Shown: piece after piece, positions 1 through 13,300 of the stretch
How the letters are laid out: each line of letters begins with the position of its first letter
Position numbering within the stretch: position 1 is the first letter of the stretch
Origin: Epiperipatus broadwayi
Lineage: Eukaryota; Animalia; Onychophora
NCBI GenBank assembly: GCA_028023455.1
Contig: JAQFVV010000009.1
Location: forward strand, 11,284,001 to 11,348,000
DNA: 64,000 nt
Direction: 5' to 3'
Translations under genes and position numbers: made by a program
The notes under the pieces: model-generated
Databases searched by the model: none
What the model saw: the letters and a program-made list of their open reading frames with translations, nothing else
Told to the model about the DNA's origin: nothing

Positions 1-2353
1 ATTTGATGTTCTTTTAAATTATGCATCTCACTTGCTATTTTGTGTTCTCTACCCATCTCAGTGACTGCGATGTATGCTATTGGGTACTGACTAAGCTTAT
101 CAGCCACAATGTTCTCCATTCTGTGGCAATACACTACTCTGTAGTCAAACTCCTGCAGGAACAAGCTCCATCTCAACAACCTATTATTAGCCAGAAAACT
201 ATGATTAAGGAACTCAAGGCTTCTGCGGTCAGTCAATACCACAATCTCTGAACTGACCAAGTATTGCCAGAATTTCTTGAAGACCCATATTACCACAAGA
301 GCCTCCTTTTCTGCAACAGTATAATTAAGTTCCAGGCCTTTCAGCAAATGGTTAATAAACACAGGATCCTGTGTTGACTCCCTTCCTGTATTTGGAACAT
401 CATGGCTCCTAACCCAAACCTGCTACTATCGGTTTGTATGAAAAATGTCTTGGTGAAGTCTGGATAGGCCAACATAACTGTTTCTAAGAAGCCTGCCTTT
501 ACTCTTTGAAAGCTACGTTCTTGTTGTTCCTCCCATATCCATGGTGTTTCCTCTTTCAGCAAATGTAATAGTGGCTCCATGTGCATTGGGAATCCTCTAT
601 AGAATCGATTATAGAAATTACACAAAACCAGAAAAGATTTAATGTGTTTTCTGTTCCTAGGAGTAATGATCTTCTCTGGGTTTGGTATTATTCCCTTCTC
701 ACTAATGACATGGCCCAGGAATCTGACTTCCATCATCATTATGTGACTTTTGTTTAAATTAATCCTGATGCCTTTCCCTTTACATTCCTCCAGGAATCTT
801 TCCACATGTTTGAAATGTTCCTCAATGTTTTCAGATGTGATGACAATGTCATCCACATATACCACAATAAAGCTCTTTATCTTATCATCTAATACCTGAT
901 CCAAATATCGTACAAGCCCTGCCCCACTATTTCTCAGTCTGAATGGTATTGTTCCCTTCTCACTAATGACATGGCAGAGGAATCTGAGTTTCCATTGTCA
1001 TTATGTGACTTTTGTTTAAATTAATCCTGATGCCTTTTGCTTTACATTCTCCAGGAACCTTTCCACATGTTTGAAATGTTCTCAGACGCGATGACAATGT
1101 CGTCCACATATATCACAATAAAGCTCTTTATCTTATCATCTAATTCCTGATCCAAACATCGGACAAGCCTGCCCCACTATTTCTCAGTCTGAACGGAATC
1201 CTATTAAAATTTGTATGCATGTCCATCATATTGAAATGCCGTGTATTTCTGATCTTTAGGATGTAGTTTGATTTGCCAGTAACTGGCCATCAAATCGAAT
1301 GTTGAAAATATAATTTTTCCTTTAAATCTTCTGAGTACATCACTTATAGGGGGTGGAGCATTAATGTCTGGAATAGTTATTTTATTTAGGTGCTGTGCAT
1401 CTAAACATAATCGGATAGATCCATCCCCTTTTTTCACAGTCACGATAGGATTATTAAATGGGGATGAACACTTTGAAATAACCCCCATTTGAGCATCTTA
1501 TCTATCTGCTCCTCAACTTCTCACTTATATTGGTATGGTATTGGGTAAGTGCAAGACTGATATTGCTGGTCCTCCATGAGTCTTATTCTATGTTTGTAAC
1601 CTTGAATGACCCTAGGGACTTCTGAGAATACCACATTATTCCTCTCTAGAATCTCCCTCAGCCTATCCCTCTGGTTATTGTCTAGCAATGTTGATTCACC
1701 CACTATATTTTCCCATTCTACCTCCATTAAGGTGTTCTGTGCAAGAATTTCTCCCTGATAATTTTCTCTATCATCTTGGTTTTTTTCACAAAACTCAGCC
1801 AGGTGTCATTTATCTCAGCACAGCCCTGTTTGTAATTCAGTATGCACCCACCTTATACATAAAATCTGAACCTAATACAATGTCATGAATCAAACCATCC
1901 AACATCGCCAATACATGGACAAACTTTTCTCCTGCAATCTCTATTCTTATGTAGACCTGTTGAAATGCTAGCTTTACCCTTTTTTCCATCAGCCAACAAC
2001 ACCTGTACTGTTTTTAATGGCAGCATCCTGAGCTCCAGGCAGCTGTTCTTTAATCTACCAAATGTTTCCTGAGACATTATAGAGATCTGACTCCTTGAAT
2101 CGAAGAGTGCATTGATCAAAAGCCCTTCCACCTCAATCACCAATATTGGACATATCTGAAGAGCCATCTCCAATGTTTCTCTCCCTTTCTCATATCCTAG
2201 GTTTGCTACTTGCACCTGATGATGTTTTCCACTTCCTTTGGCCCCCTGAAGCTGTATTGGGTCTCTACTGTGGTCCAAGGCAGTCAAGGTTTCCACCATC
2301 TGTTCCACCAACTTTACATGCCACCCTTTGTGCCACATCCCAAGGTAAGCCAT
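1..2353 (-). pseudogene. pol: Gypsy pol (protease-RT-RNase H), disrupted
   Basis: ORFs 1883-2353, 1521-1727, 1204-1488 and 341-904 plus my translation of 1-340 (ELNYTVAEKEALVVIWVFKKFWQYL...TDRRSLEFLN...RWSLFLQEFDY...NIVADKLS) give consecutive pol motifs. Confidence 0.92.
683..1196. repeat. ~260-bp tandem duplication inside RT, including the YVDD motif
   Basis: 683-943 and 944-1196 are collinear copies that differ by small indels and CpG transitions. Confidence 0.9.
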
Positions 2354-2399
2354 GTCTGACTATCTGCATAATATGCTGCTCAGAGAGTGGCAATGAAAG

Positions 2400-3415
2400 A
2401 ATTTTTGTAAATGATTCCCCCAGTCTCCATTTTTCCTGTGTTGTCTGGTGCTAAATGTTTTCTTGGAGTTCATCACCCCAATAACTGGCCATCAAAGCTT
2501 TATAATATTCTGCAAATGTTGTGGGCTTATGGAACAGTAAGTTCCACCACACTTGTGATTTGCCCTCCAAATGTCTACAGGTGACCCCTATCTTGGCCTC
2601 CTCATTCATCCTGCTGAACTTGAAATATTTTTCAAGGCTCCTCAAGTGCTCCATGGGGCTTTTTCCTGGGTGTCCAGAGAAGACTTGTATCTTTAAGAAC
2701 TGATGGAACCCAATAGGATTATCTACGTGATTTCTGTAGCCCCTGTTTATATATCATCCAGTGGCTCTTGGTTTGATGTCTTCTACTTCTGTGTTTGCAT
2801 TGTTACTGGCTGAGCTTGTCCTCTCTTCAAATTTTGACTCTAACCTTTCCACTATTCTTTCTACCTGACTTATGTCTCTCTGCATATTCGCCAGCATCCT
2901 ATTATTTTCTAATCTCATCTCTATAAATTCCTTCTCTTTATCTAACTTCCTTATTTCCACTTCCAGCTGCCCTATGTCTACTCTCGGATCTGAATATGCT
3001 GACCTTATCTCTACACTCTCTGCCCTATCTAGTTCCTCACACTCATATGGTTCTATGCTTTTTTGTTCATCCAAATTGATTTCCCTGTCCTGTCCATTCC
3101 CTGTGTCCTTTGCATCTGATTTCTTGGGGAAGTTACTCCTCATTTCTTCTGTGGCTTCAGCAATTCTTTTATTATTCTCCATTGCTAACTTTGCACACCA
3201 TTCTTCCATCTTCTTTCTTCCCTGTCCTTCTTTTTCTTCATGAACTGCTGTTGCTCCATTCTCATTTGCATGATCATATTCATTATATCACCAAAGTTTA
3301 TTTTATATTTCACTTCCCTTTGTGTAATATCCCCTGCATCCCTCTCCTTATCCTCATCCATTTGTCTCACTTCATTTACTTGATTGTCCATTTTAGTTTG
3401 GGACCTCATATGCAT
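2400..3415 (-). pseudogene. gag: Gypsy gag, disrupted
   Basis: ORF 2451-2654 (HLRSLEKYF...EAKIGVTCRHLEGKSQVWW...YWGDELQENI) fits the retrotransposon gag capsid pattern. Charged coiled-coil ORFs 2754-3209 and 3185-3415 lie upstream. Confidence 0.75.
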
Positions 3416-3540
3416 AGATATAATTTTTACTTAACTCTTCTTGATATATATATTTTTCTTTACTATTTTGATTTGCTATTTTTTGTTCTTTATTATATGA
3501 TTATTAGCATTTAGATTGCTAGCCACTCCAAACACACTTG

Positions 3541-3553
3541 CTCTGGGTCACCA
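3541..3553 (-). promoter_or_regulatory. Primer-binding site, tRNA-Trp-like
   Basis: Minus strand TGGTGACCCAGAG next to the LTR; it resembles the tRNA-Trp PBS TGGTGACCCCGAC. Confidence 0.5.
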
Positions 3554-3554
3554 T

Positions 3555-3950
3555 TTTATCTACCTGCCCTAGATTCATTTTGACTGCCTGCCCTACTTTG
3601 ATGACTGCCCTCTATTCCACTATGTATGTAAACTCTTACTCACTCTACTTAAGTAAATGACATGATTATATATATTTTTTATATTTTAAACTATAATTCA
3701 AACAATCCACATTGCTGATGTACTTTGATCGCTTAATTGTTAAGGCTATTTAAATTCTTACTCACTCTACTTAAGTAAATGACGTGATTATATATTTTTC
3801 ATATTTTAAACCATAATTCAAACAATCCACGTTGCTGATATACTTTAATACTAAGTGTATCATTTATTGATCACTTTATTGTTAAGGCTATTTAAAATTC
3901 ATACATATATATTATAACCTACCCTCCCAACACCGCTCATATACATTACA
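3555..3950 (-). repeat. 5' LTR of the gypsy element, with an internal ~120-140 bp tandem duplication (3634-3755 / 3756-3897)
   Basis: Begins TGTAATGTATATGAGCGG on the minus strand and ends just before the PBS. The duplicated unit TCTTACTCACTCTACTTAAGTAAATGAC... is visible twice. Confidence 0.6.
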
Positions 3951-6900
3951 TGAGCAAAATTCCCAGGTGCTAGTTCTATTAATGAATAGAACAATATAAC
4001 AAAAGATATAATATAAAATTGTTACTGAGACTCTATATTTAAGTTTATGTTCAGCTCAGCTCAGTGGGAGGCTATAGGCAGTTCATAAGATATATGATAA
4101 TAAATGAATAAAAGAAGAAATATTATGAAACATTTAATATAATATAAATTCCTTTGTTAATTAATTGTATAATAAAGAATCATAATGTTTACTTAGTACA
4201 GTCTATTAAAAATATACTTTAAACTTAATTTCTTCCTTCATCCAAATATAACATATATCAGCTTGCTATAATTATACTCTTAACAATTCTATGACTTGGC
4301 ATATTATAATCTAAACATCTACCTTAATGGCAATCAAGAAATGAACATAAGATCTCAGGGAATTTAACAAACACAGTTGAATTAAATAAACTACATTGGC
4401 CCATAAGTTATAATTATAAAATATGATAAAATATAATGAAACAAATTGACTAAATTTTTTACTGTGTTTCAATAATAAGATAATGACAGAGATAGGGTAT
4501 TTTTAATCTCATATCATCATCTCACAAATATACTGACCTGGCAACCTTTCTAATACGTTTATCAAGTGGCAAATACTCTTTATAATGTTTGGATTAAGAA
4601 ATACAATATTGTCAGACACTAGCAAATTTAATTTTATAACTCTAAAATAATATATCTGTTTTATAATAGATTTATGAAATGTGGAGTTGTGGAAATGGAA
4701 ATACGAATGTACACAAGAATAACTCAAGACACAGTTCTTAAGATTTTAAATAACTAAACAAATCATTTATTATAACAAATAAACTTGGTCTAACATACTA
4801 TTTACAAATGGACTAATTGTTTTACATATATTTAGATTATCAAATAATTTTTATTATTATTTTTAGCATCAGTTTGGGATTATCCCTACTATCAAAGCAA
4901 ATTAATAACAAAGTTTAAATATCCTGACTTCGAACACAGGCTTTGCCTACATGTTTCATCTATATGACAATAAATAAATAACATGCTATATTATTAGGAC
5001 AAAAAAATACTTTTGATTAACCAAAATACTCTTGATTAACCAAATAAATCAAATTACTTATATTTGGCTTTCAGCAAAGCAGCTTTCTCTAATTGACTAA
5101 TAATCATTTTCAATTATGTATACCTTTCATTTATAGCACAAAATCATGTTTATTCTGATGATTTGATGATTTATAACATTATTTAAATAAATACACTGTA
5201 TTTTAAAACATTTATTTCCCATTTTTAATCTTAATACTTTATACTTCTATTAAATGAATGTAGTATATTTCAAAAGCATTTATTTCTCATTTTAATTTCA
5301 ATAATTCTATACTTTATATACGCGATATTATTTATATTACACGTGTGTGTGCATGTTCAAGCAGAAATAATGTAAAAACAATCTTTTCTATAAACTCTCC
5401 ATTCGTTAAGAAAATATCATACAATTATTTTATTTCGAACAATGTCGTAATTCATCAATAAAAATATGACACTAATACTACATCAAGAGTTAATCTAACA
5501 ATTTATCTAGCCACATATTAATTAACACCAAGCTATATTTTTATGATTATATATACTATACGTTACAAAGGGAATCTACATGAGAGTAGATAACTCTTAC
5601 CGAACACTTCTACCATAATTCATCTGATTCTAAATATACCTTTGGTGGAGAACATTTACTCAACACCAAGAATCCAAGAAAAATATCACATAACTTCCTA
5701 AGCATCATTTAATCATACTTCAACAATAACTCATCTACTTCTAAATATATTATTGGTGGGGATTATTCCTCATCACCAGGGCCCTAAAAACATCACTTCA
5801 AAAAAAAAAATATCCTTAATCATACACATATAAAATAAACTAGGCTCTACTCATGGAAAATTATTAACATATACTAAATAAGCAAGATCTTTTATTCCTG
5901 CAGACATTATAACACAATCAAATTTCTTTCTATTCTCATAGCTTATCTAAATATCGAACACCATAAATACATGCTGGCAGATAAATACATACAGATAACA
6001 TAACAATCCGTTCAACTCAGTAGAATATGACAATGTACAAAATTTATCCATAAAATATTCACAAATTATACTTTATCAAACAAATATTATAATTGTGCAA
6101 AACAAACACACACCCGCAAATAAAAAGTACATATAATATTAACTCTAAATTACACACTAAGCAGGTAACATGATAATTAAATATTACATTAAGGCATAAC
6201 TTTTAATTTAAAAAACTTAAGGTTACTTTTTAAAATTTAATGGTTCTAATTATTACGAACAAACTTTTTTCATATCTAACAAACTATTTCTATTATAAGT
6301 TCGTTGATTTAAACAAAGAACAGAATTTTCACTTTGAGATAATAAAGTATACAAAATAAATGTAAACCTTTCTAATAATATATTAAAAAAATATTTCTTT
6401 CATCCTCGTAAGGAAACAATAAGACCTATTTGAACACAATCAATTTTTTTACCGGCGTACTCCTCATTTGAGTATGCTCCAGAGACAGTCTTGAAAATCA
6501 AAATAACACAGATTATAAATGAACATAATAATAAATAAAACCTATCTACCTATCATATATATTAATTATGACAAGCAATAAAAAAAAATAAAAAAACAAA
6601 GGTTACTAGTTTTGTAATTTAAAATAAAAGTTCATTTGCAAAGCTAGGTTCCAGGTTGATGAAATAATATGGGACACATTCCAAACCGAATTTAAACTAA
6701 AATGCACTTCTGCAGTATAACTTTAAAAAAAATATAAGCATAACTTAAATATGCCCAGCACCTTTCAGTGTTCATAGCATATCCATTCGAGGTACCAAAT
6801 CATACACAAACAGTGAATTTCTCCTTTATTATACTGAAAATATGACATTCTCCATGCAGTTCTGGATTAAATACGCGATTATCCTTAGTATTTTTCTGAA

Positions 6901-9900
6901 TAGCATTTAATAATACTTTAAATTGCCCTTAGTAATTCCATAATTAATAATGCTTTATTTTATATTTCGTCCTTATTGAAGAGAACAAAAATTACCCGCA
7001 TTTCTGTCCTTCTATTCAATTTAAACAGAAGTAGCTTACATTTTATTTCCTTAATTTTAAAATACATATTAGCTCCAGAAATAGCAAATAAATGAATACT
7101 GTTATCTCCTTATGATGAACTTAAACATAGTATGATCTATCAAAATAGACATATCCTTAAGTCTATGTATAATCTTCACAAAGAACACTACATGAAAAAT
7201 AGTGAGAAATTAAAATATATTCTATAGAATAGTTCTGCATGCGTTTTCCATATATATCAAAAAAAATACATTGCTTAATGATACAACAATAATATTTATG
7301 TAAACCATTCTTATTTAAAATGGCAATTAAATGAAATAATGTAGACTGGACATTATTAACATACATTTTTAAAAAAGTAATAGTTATAAAGGGATTAATT
7401 CAGAAATGTTTAAATCGAAGAAAGTTAATCAAACCGACGTACCTTTTTTTTAAAACCTTAGAATTGCATTTTTTTAATTAATTTTTTCCATAATAAAGTT
7501 CTTAAGCTCCTTTGGAAGTTTTACTCTAAAGGCTTTTCAAAGTCAATTTGACTTCAGTAACTGGCTTTAATTTTTACAATACATGAACCACTGTTTACTG
7601 TCTACAATTACATTACAAAGAGCAAATTTTACACTGGAAATATTTTTTTTTTTAAAAAAAAACCCTCTTTAGTAAAGTTCATTTGCCTTTCCCCAAGGTT
7701 ACTCCCATGCATCTTGCTAACTAACTAATTACATATGCAAAAACAAATCTTTTCAAAAAAAAAATCATTTTGATTTTTAAAACTAAATGAAGACAAGAAA
7801 AAAAAACAAATAATAAAATAAATAGCTTTTACAAACTCGAAAGAAAAATGAATATTAATTAACTATCAAATAAAAATGATTAATAATTTATTCAATTTGT
7901 AAAATAATTCATTGATCTAACTATCTATTAATCATTGGAAAGAAATATATATTTGTTAATTATTTAAGTTAACTACTGTAATTTAAATGTTTTTATTGTG
8001 AATGTACTATTGTTTGCTGTTATTAAAGATGAAAAAGAAATGAAACATAATGCAGAATCATACATGCATACACATGCACTACAAGCTATTTATTGAACTA
8101 TCTTAACTAAATATAATTGAAACTGCTATTAACTGTTAACAAAAGGATAAGAATTAATGAATAAAGGATATTTGAAACCATTCAAATAATATTATACTAA
8201 CACGGGATAACATTGCATCTTTCCAACAAGATGTATCAATTCCACTAATAAACAACCCCCCTTCCTTACATTAAATACCTCATTAACTACAATAATACTA
8301 ATAAATACTTATAAAGTGGTCAGTAAACTGCATAAGCAATTCATATTTAAGCCTTAAACAATCTCCAGCAAAAAAAAATTAAAATTCCAAGGCTATTTCA
8401 TTTTTTTTTAAATAAAATATAACTATTTATTTAAGATACAAAGTATCTTAAACCCTTGTGTCCATTCAGATGGCCACAATATATATTTCAACTTCCTAAT
8501 ATCCTATGTTACACACTCTGTTTGTACTTTATTAATCACTTTATTATTGCAGCTATGAAATCATACATACGTTTATCTTTTAATTTAACTGAAATACGCG
8601 ACTATTTTAGAATCACACATATATTTCCTTCAACTTAACTTACATATGCGACTATTTTTATTATTCATAATTAAAACCTTCCTGAAACTTTATTTTATTC
8701 CACTGGACATAAACACTTTATATTTAGTTATCAGCAGTTACATCTAGATAATCTATCTTTGATCACTATAATTATATTTGAATACTTTTTTTCTTACATT
8801 GAATACATCACACGAAACTCCAAAAGCTTTCTTGATATTAAAATTTCCCTCCTTCTTTCTATCCTTTTTACACATTTGACGTCAAAATACATATATAAAG
8901 TATTACAAAGCATGGAAAAAAATTTTATCCCCTTCGTCTTTGCTCCTCATCACTCTGATTTATTAAACGAATTATATATATATATATTTTTAAATATTTA
9001 CTTTATTTTACACAAATTATCCAACACGTGATTACCAATTGCACAGCAATAATATCCTGGAATGGCCCCAAAATGTAATGGAAAGACAATTGAAAGACGT
9101 TCCTTTTTATTTATATATAATACGGATTCTTAAATTCAAATCATCCACCTTCCATTACCAGAAGCAAAGAGAACATATGGACATAAACAAATTCATATCC
9201 ATACTTGACTGAACCTGGGACCATACGGATATTTCCCCAGGTTATCTTTCCTGGTCAAACATCTCTCGACTGTTGTAATTATTAAAGAATTATAGCGCTT
9301 GAATAAATTATAAATTTAATGATATCGGAAATGCCGTACAACTAGCCTCATGTGTTACTTAGTACTCAAAATGGAGTAATAATTCTAACCCAAAACCCTC
9401 CGGGTATATTAACTATTTGAAATGGCGAAGAAACAAGACGAAACAGACAAAATAATTAAGGAACATTTAATATAATAAATAAATAACAAAAAAGAAATCA
9501 ATTGAAATATTTACATACAATAAAAAAAATCATTTAGATATAATGCTACGATTAAGTGTATGGGTTAAATTCTACAAACGATTATAATTTATTACAATAA
9601 ATTATCCATTAACAATCGTCATTCCCAATATTAGAAAGAGTCTAATTAGTGTCTATCTCATGAATATCTGGGATTTGCAATTGCTTTAAATCAAAAGTAT
9701 GTGCACATGTGTTCTATATAGGTGTGTTATGTAATTTACCTAGGTTTTTCTTCTTTTCTGGCGTGAGTGAATGTCCTGTTGACCATCATGTGGAATTCCT
9801 CCCCTTTTTGCAGAGACGGTTGCTCTTAGGCTTGGATTTGGTTTGTGGAATCTCTTCTTATGTCTGTAGTGACTTCTCCATACTAGGACATCAAGGGCAT

Positions 9901-10447
9901 GGAAGGCGGATCATCTGGCGGGTGCTACACCGGTAGTTGTTACATGGCGAGGTGACCATATGAGCACGATGGGTCTGAATTGACCAGCGATTGTGATGAC
10001 CCTTAGCCACACATCCTTGAAGCTTCAGTTATGTTGTAGATTATTTTCATGTTCATACAATGTTCAGTATTCTACGGCAAGGTCCTTATACTCAGCTTTC
10101 TGGATTTTTTTTTTTTGCAAAATTTTAAAGGATTTTCATGTCTTCTTTCTACTATATTCTAATCTGCTTCTTCTCAGAGCAGTGTCTTCACTGAAGTCTC
10201 TACATGAACTGTCTTGAATTAATTCATTAATGTCTTTTTCAAATTCTTTCATTATCTTGATCTTTTTGTTTGTTGCTTTTTTTTCACACCTTTCACTTTA
10301 TGATGCCTTCAACAGCTTATACAAATTTACTTTTTTCATATAATTTCATAGCAATATTTTACATTTATTTATTATTTATTTTCTTTCTTTTTTTAATAAA
10401 ATTATTTTCATTTGACATACTTTAAACATTGCTCTCTTTATATGTAT

Positions 10448-10625
10448 TTTCACACATGCAGTTCGTTTTTGTCAAAATGTGTACTTTTTTTAGAATAGAT
10501 CTTTATTATTTGTCACATTTTAAATTCTATTTATACATACTTTCACACATGCAGTTCATTTTTGTCAAAATGTGTACTTTTTTTAGAATAGATCTTTATC
10601 TTTTCTCACATTTTAAATTCTATTT
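10448..10625. repeat. ~90-bp tandem duplication
   Basis: TTTCACACATGCAGTTC...CACATTTTAAATTCTATTT occurs at about 10448 and 10541. Confidence 0.85.
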
Positions 10626-11018
10626 CTAATCTTATTTGAACTCCTCAATTTTTACTTTTTTTATAAATCATTTTAAGTTCCTATTTCATTTATATTTCTT
10701 TTCTCACTGTTGATTTTAAACCAAATATACGATTTCAATATTTTCTAACTTTACTTCTTATATTTTTCAAAATATAAACTTTGGAGGGGAAAAGATAAGT
10801 AATTTGTCCGATTCTATTTCTCTCTCTTTTATTTTATTACGGTAATTAATTACGACATTTTCTTTCCTCATTTGCTTAATTCTTTTATTCATTTGTTTTT
10901 TTTTTCTATTTCGAAAAGAAAACTACAATATTTAATATTGTCTAATATTAAATACATACATGTGTGATCACAGTATGTGCGATCATCACAATATATATAT
11001 ATTTTATAAGGGATTTGT

Positions 11019-11056
11019 CAATCTATCTTATACAATTGATATGCATTACCACATAC
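11019..11056 (-). mobile_element. 3' tail of a PLE hammerhead repeat, displaced by the 8.3-kb insertion
   Basis: The reverse complement of 11019-11055 matches 19669-19705 at 33/37 nt and is the collinear continuation of the arm that stops at 19395. Confidence 0.8.
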
Positions 11057-11410
11057 TGAAGCAGTTGGATCTGAGTTCGATTTTAGCTTCATGACATCTA
11101 GCCATAAGACCACTTCAAACTCTAGTACTAACCTTAAATTTCCAATGCAATGGGACTTTATACATCAATCCATGCTAATTTCCATAAAGAATAACTTATT
11201 TCATAAATGTGTATTCAAATAACTAGTTTCAGATTTAAATTGATTAATTCTATTAATAGATTCATGATAGAATGATTCATGAATTTATATATTATAACTG
11301 CGTGGATTGTGCGTATATATTTGTAAATATTTAAATATATATAATTGTTTGAAAGTTTCATTGCGTCGGGAGTGTTTGATTTTATTTTAAAATAATTTAT
11401 TAAAGTTTTA

Positions 11411-11810
11411 ATGATTAAAAGCTACATTCTTTAGACAAGCTTTCAGATTCTCCCTTTCCAAAAACAATAGTTAAAGTTTTATTAATTAGAAAAAAAGATA
11501 AGGATTTCCTAATTGAAATCATTTTCTGATTTTAAGAATTCATTTTCTAATTAGAAAATGGATTCAAGTTAATGAGTTTGAAAGCCTTATCGAAGGAATG
11601 TATCTAAAAACAACCAGTAAATCTAAAAACATTGATAATGAAAGAAGTGCTAGCCTGAAGGCATCAGAGGACAGTATATATAGCTCTGAAAAGTTTGTAG
11701 AAGAGAAGCCATCTTTGTTGTAGAGAAGTGCAGTAAACTCGGTGCATTTTAAATAGTGTTTCGATTATGGTGAAGGGCTAGACCATCAGGAATCTGGCTA
11801 CGGTTCCTGA
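11411..11810 (+). pseudogene. Decayed intronless ORF of unknown function inside the repeat (second copy at ~17012-17412)
   Basis: Reconstructed MIKSYIL.DKLSD.PFPKTIVKVLLIRKKDKDFLIE...WIQVNEFESLIEGMYLK...GLDHQESGYGS*, needing frameshifts and stop read-through. Confidence 0.4.
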
Positions 11811-12149
11811 AGCCCTTTGAGAATCTTCAATGACGCTGCTAAATTCTTTCCGGACAAATCAGGCTGCCAAAATCAAATAAAATGCTGTTCAAGTAATAAA
11901 TCAAATGTTGCCTACATTTTACCAACTCAGACGTGTAACCTAAGGAGCCCAGCCTGGAAGAAATGGGTAATATATTTCTATAATGAATCTTAAACTTTCT
12001 GGCCAGTTCCGAACTTTACTTTACACTTCCTTTAAGAGCTCTTCTCATTTATAATGTAATAATACTCTGTGTAAAACCTTTTATTTATGCTATTTTAACT
12101 TTCATAGTAATTCTCTCAACCTCTAGTCTTTAACTTTCCTTTCTTACAT

Positions 12150-13300
12150 GGCGGTTCATTTATTTTATTATGTATATTTATTGAGTAAATTTATTAATGT
12201 TGTTATTTTTAATTATATGCCAATAATCCTTCGACTCGATGATCTCCTTCATTTTCTGTGCGTTACACAAGTAATATAAACTTAATTCTGAGAGTTAATT
12301 CTTGCCCATTAGAACTAGATTAATACAGTTCTATCAATCATCGAGTCGAAAGAAATTATTAATGTTTGTTATTTTTATAATTGGCTAATAATAAATTATT
12401 AGCTCCGCTTCTAATCTATGCCTCAGCTATTTTCTTGTATTCACCAATGTATTTATTCATATATAATATTAAAATGTTTTTTGCAAAAGGGCCGATAAAG
12501 GAATCAAATAAATATATTCTAATTCAACTTTGTTATTTTCTATTAAGATTCAGGAAGGGCATGATGATTGGGGCATAATTAATATGATTTACAAATACTT
12601 TAAAATAATGTTAGTTAAAGCTCGTTTGACTTTAATTCATTTGATCAAGTCATCACATAGAGCATTCTATAATTGGGTTTTATTTTCCAAACAGTGACTA
12701 TCAAGTCATCATCTTCAACATTGCTGGCGTAGGCTATCGTTCGTTTCACATGCTTGTCGATGATAATATTTCTGTTATTTTAAATTATCGAGGAAGAAAG
12801 CACTTCCTCTCCTGTTCATGATATCTTTGGAACACCAAAGGTTCGTAGTTACAACTCGGCCTGGCTTTCCATGTTCCACATCTACGTAAAGGGCATAAGA
12901 CTTGTCAGATGCAAGCCGCCATCCCGTCTTTCAATTTATTTTATAGCTCATAATTCGTCAGCACCATTGCCTCTCTGTTCCAGTAAACTCCGCTCTGATG
13001 CTCGTAATTCATGACGAAGTGATTTCAATTAAAGTCAAACAAATTCTCAGTTATCTCAAATTAAATAAGTTTTCCAATAAAGTTTAAAGTTATGCCCTAA
13101 AATACATATCTTGCTCTTCATGAATGGATTTGCGAATGTGAAAATAAATATCACATTCTTTCGTATAAAATTAGAGTAATAATGTCCTTTACTAATGAAT
13201 ACCTTTATCTGCCTTTTATTTCTTGTTGGGGGCATAGACATAGACTTTCAAATATTGCGTAATATTCATTGGCATATAATAAGGACCGCCACTCTTATTA
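12150..13300 (-). pseudogene. Two adjacent decayed intronless ORFs of unknown function, virus/Maverick-like (second copy ~17750-19000)
   Basis: Manual translation: LLYANEYYAIFESLCLCPQQEIKG.RYSLVKDII...ECDIYFHIRKSIHEEQD, then NHFVMNYEHQSGVYWNREAMVLTNY...DDSWSIIEVPWRLASDKSYALYVDVEHGKPGRVVTTNLWCSKDIMNRRGSAFFLD...RNIIIDKHVKRTIAY...DLIVTVWKIKPNYRMLY. Composition is protein-like; the family assignment is unverified recollection. Confidence 0.55.

Larger units (their letters stand above)
1..3950 (-). mobile_element. Decayed Ty3/gypsy LTR retrotransposon (5' LTR-PBS-gag-PR-RT-RNaseH); 3' part runs off the window start
   Basis: Minus-strand order: LTR starting TGTAATG at 3950, PBS-like TGGTGACCCAG, gag, protease (ALFDSRSQISIM), RT (SPFNNPIVTVKKGDGSIRLCLD, VYVDD, FLGH), RNase H (IQTDSS, NYTVAEKEAL, RWSLFLQEFDY). 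Frameshifts and stops throughout. Confidence 0.92.

Noticed and set aside
8400-9000. Possible LINE apurinic endonuclease relic (-); similar faint RT/APE traces at ~5500, 29200-29900, 34900-35250, 50200-52100 and 59040-59450
   Set aside because: Motifs are too degraded to support by eye.
12691-12840. Apparent plus-strand exon (ccaaacag|...AAG|gttcgt)
   Set aside because: All three frames hit stops; the coding signal is on the minus strand.
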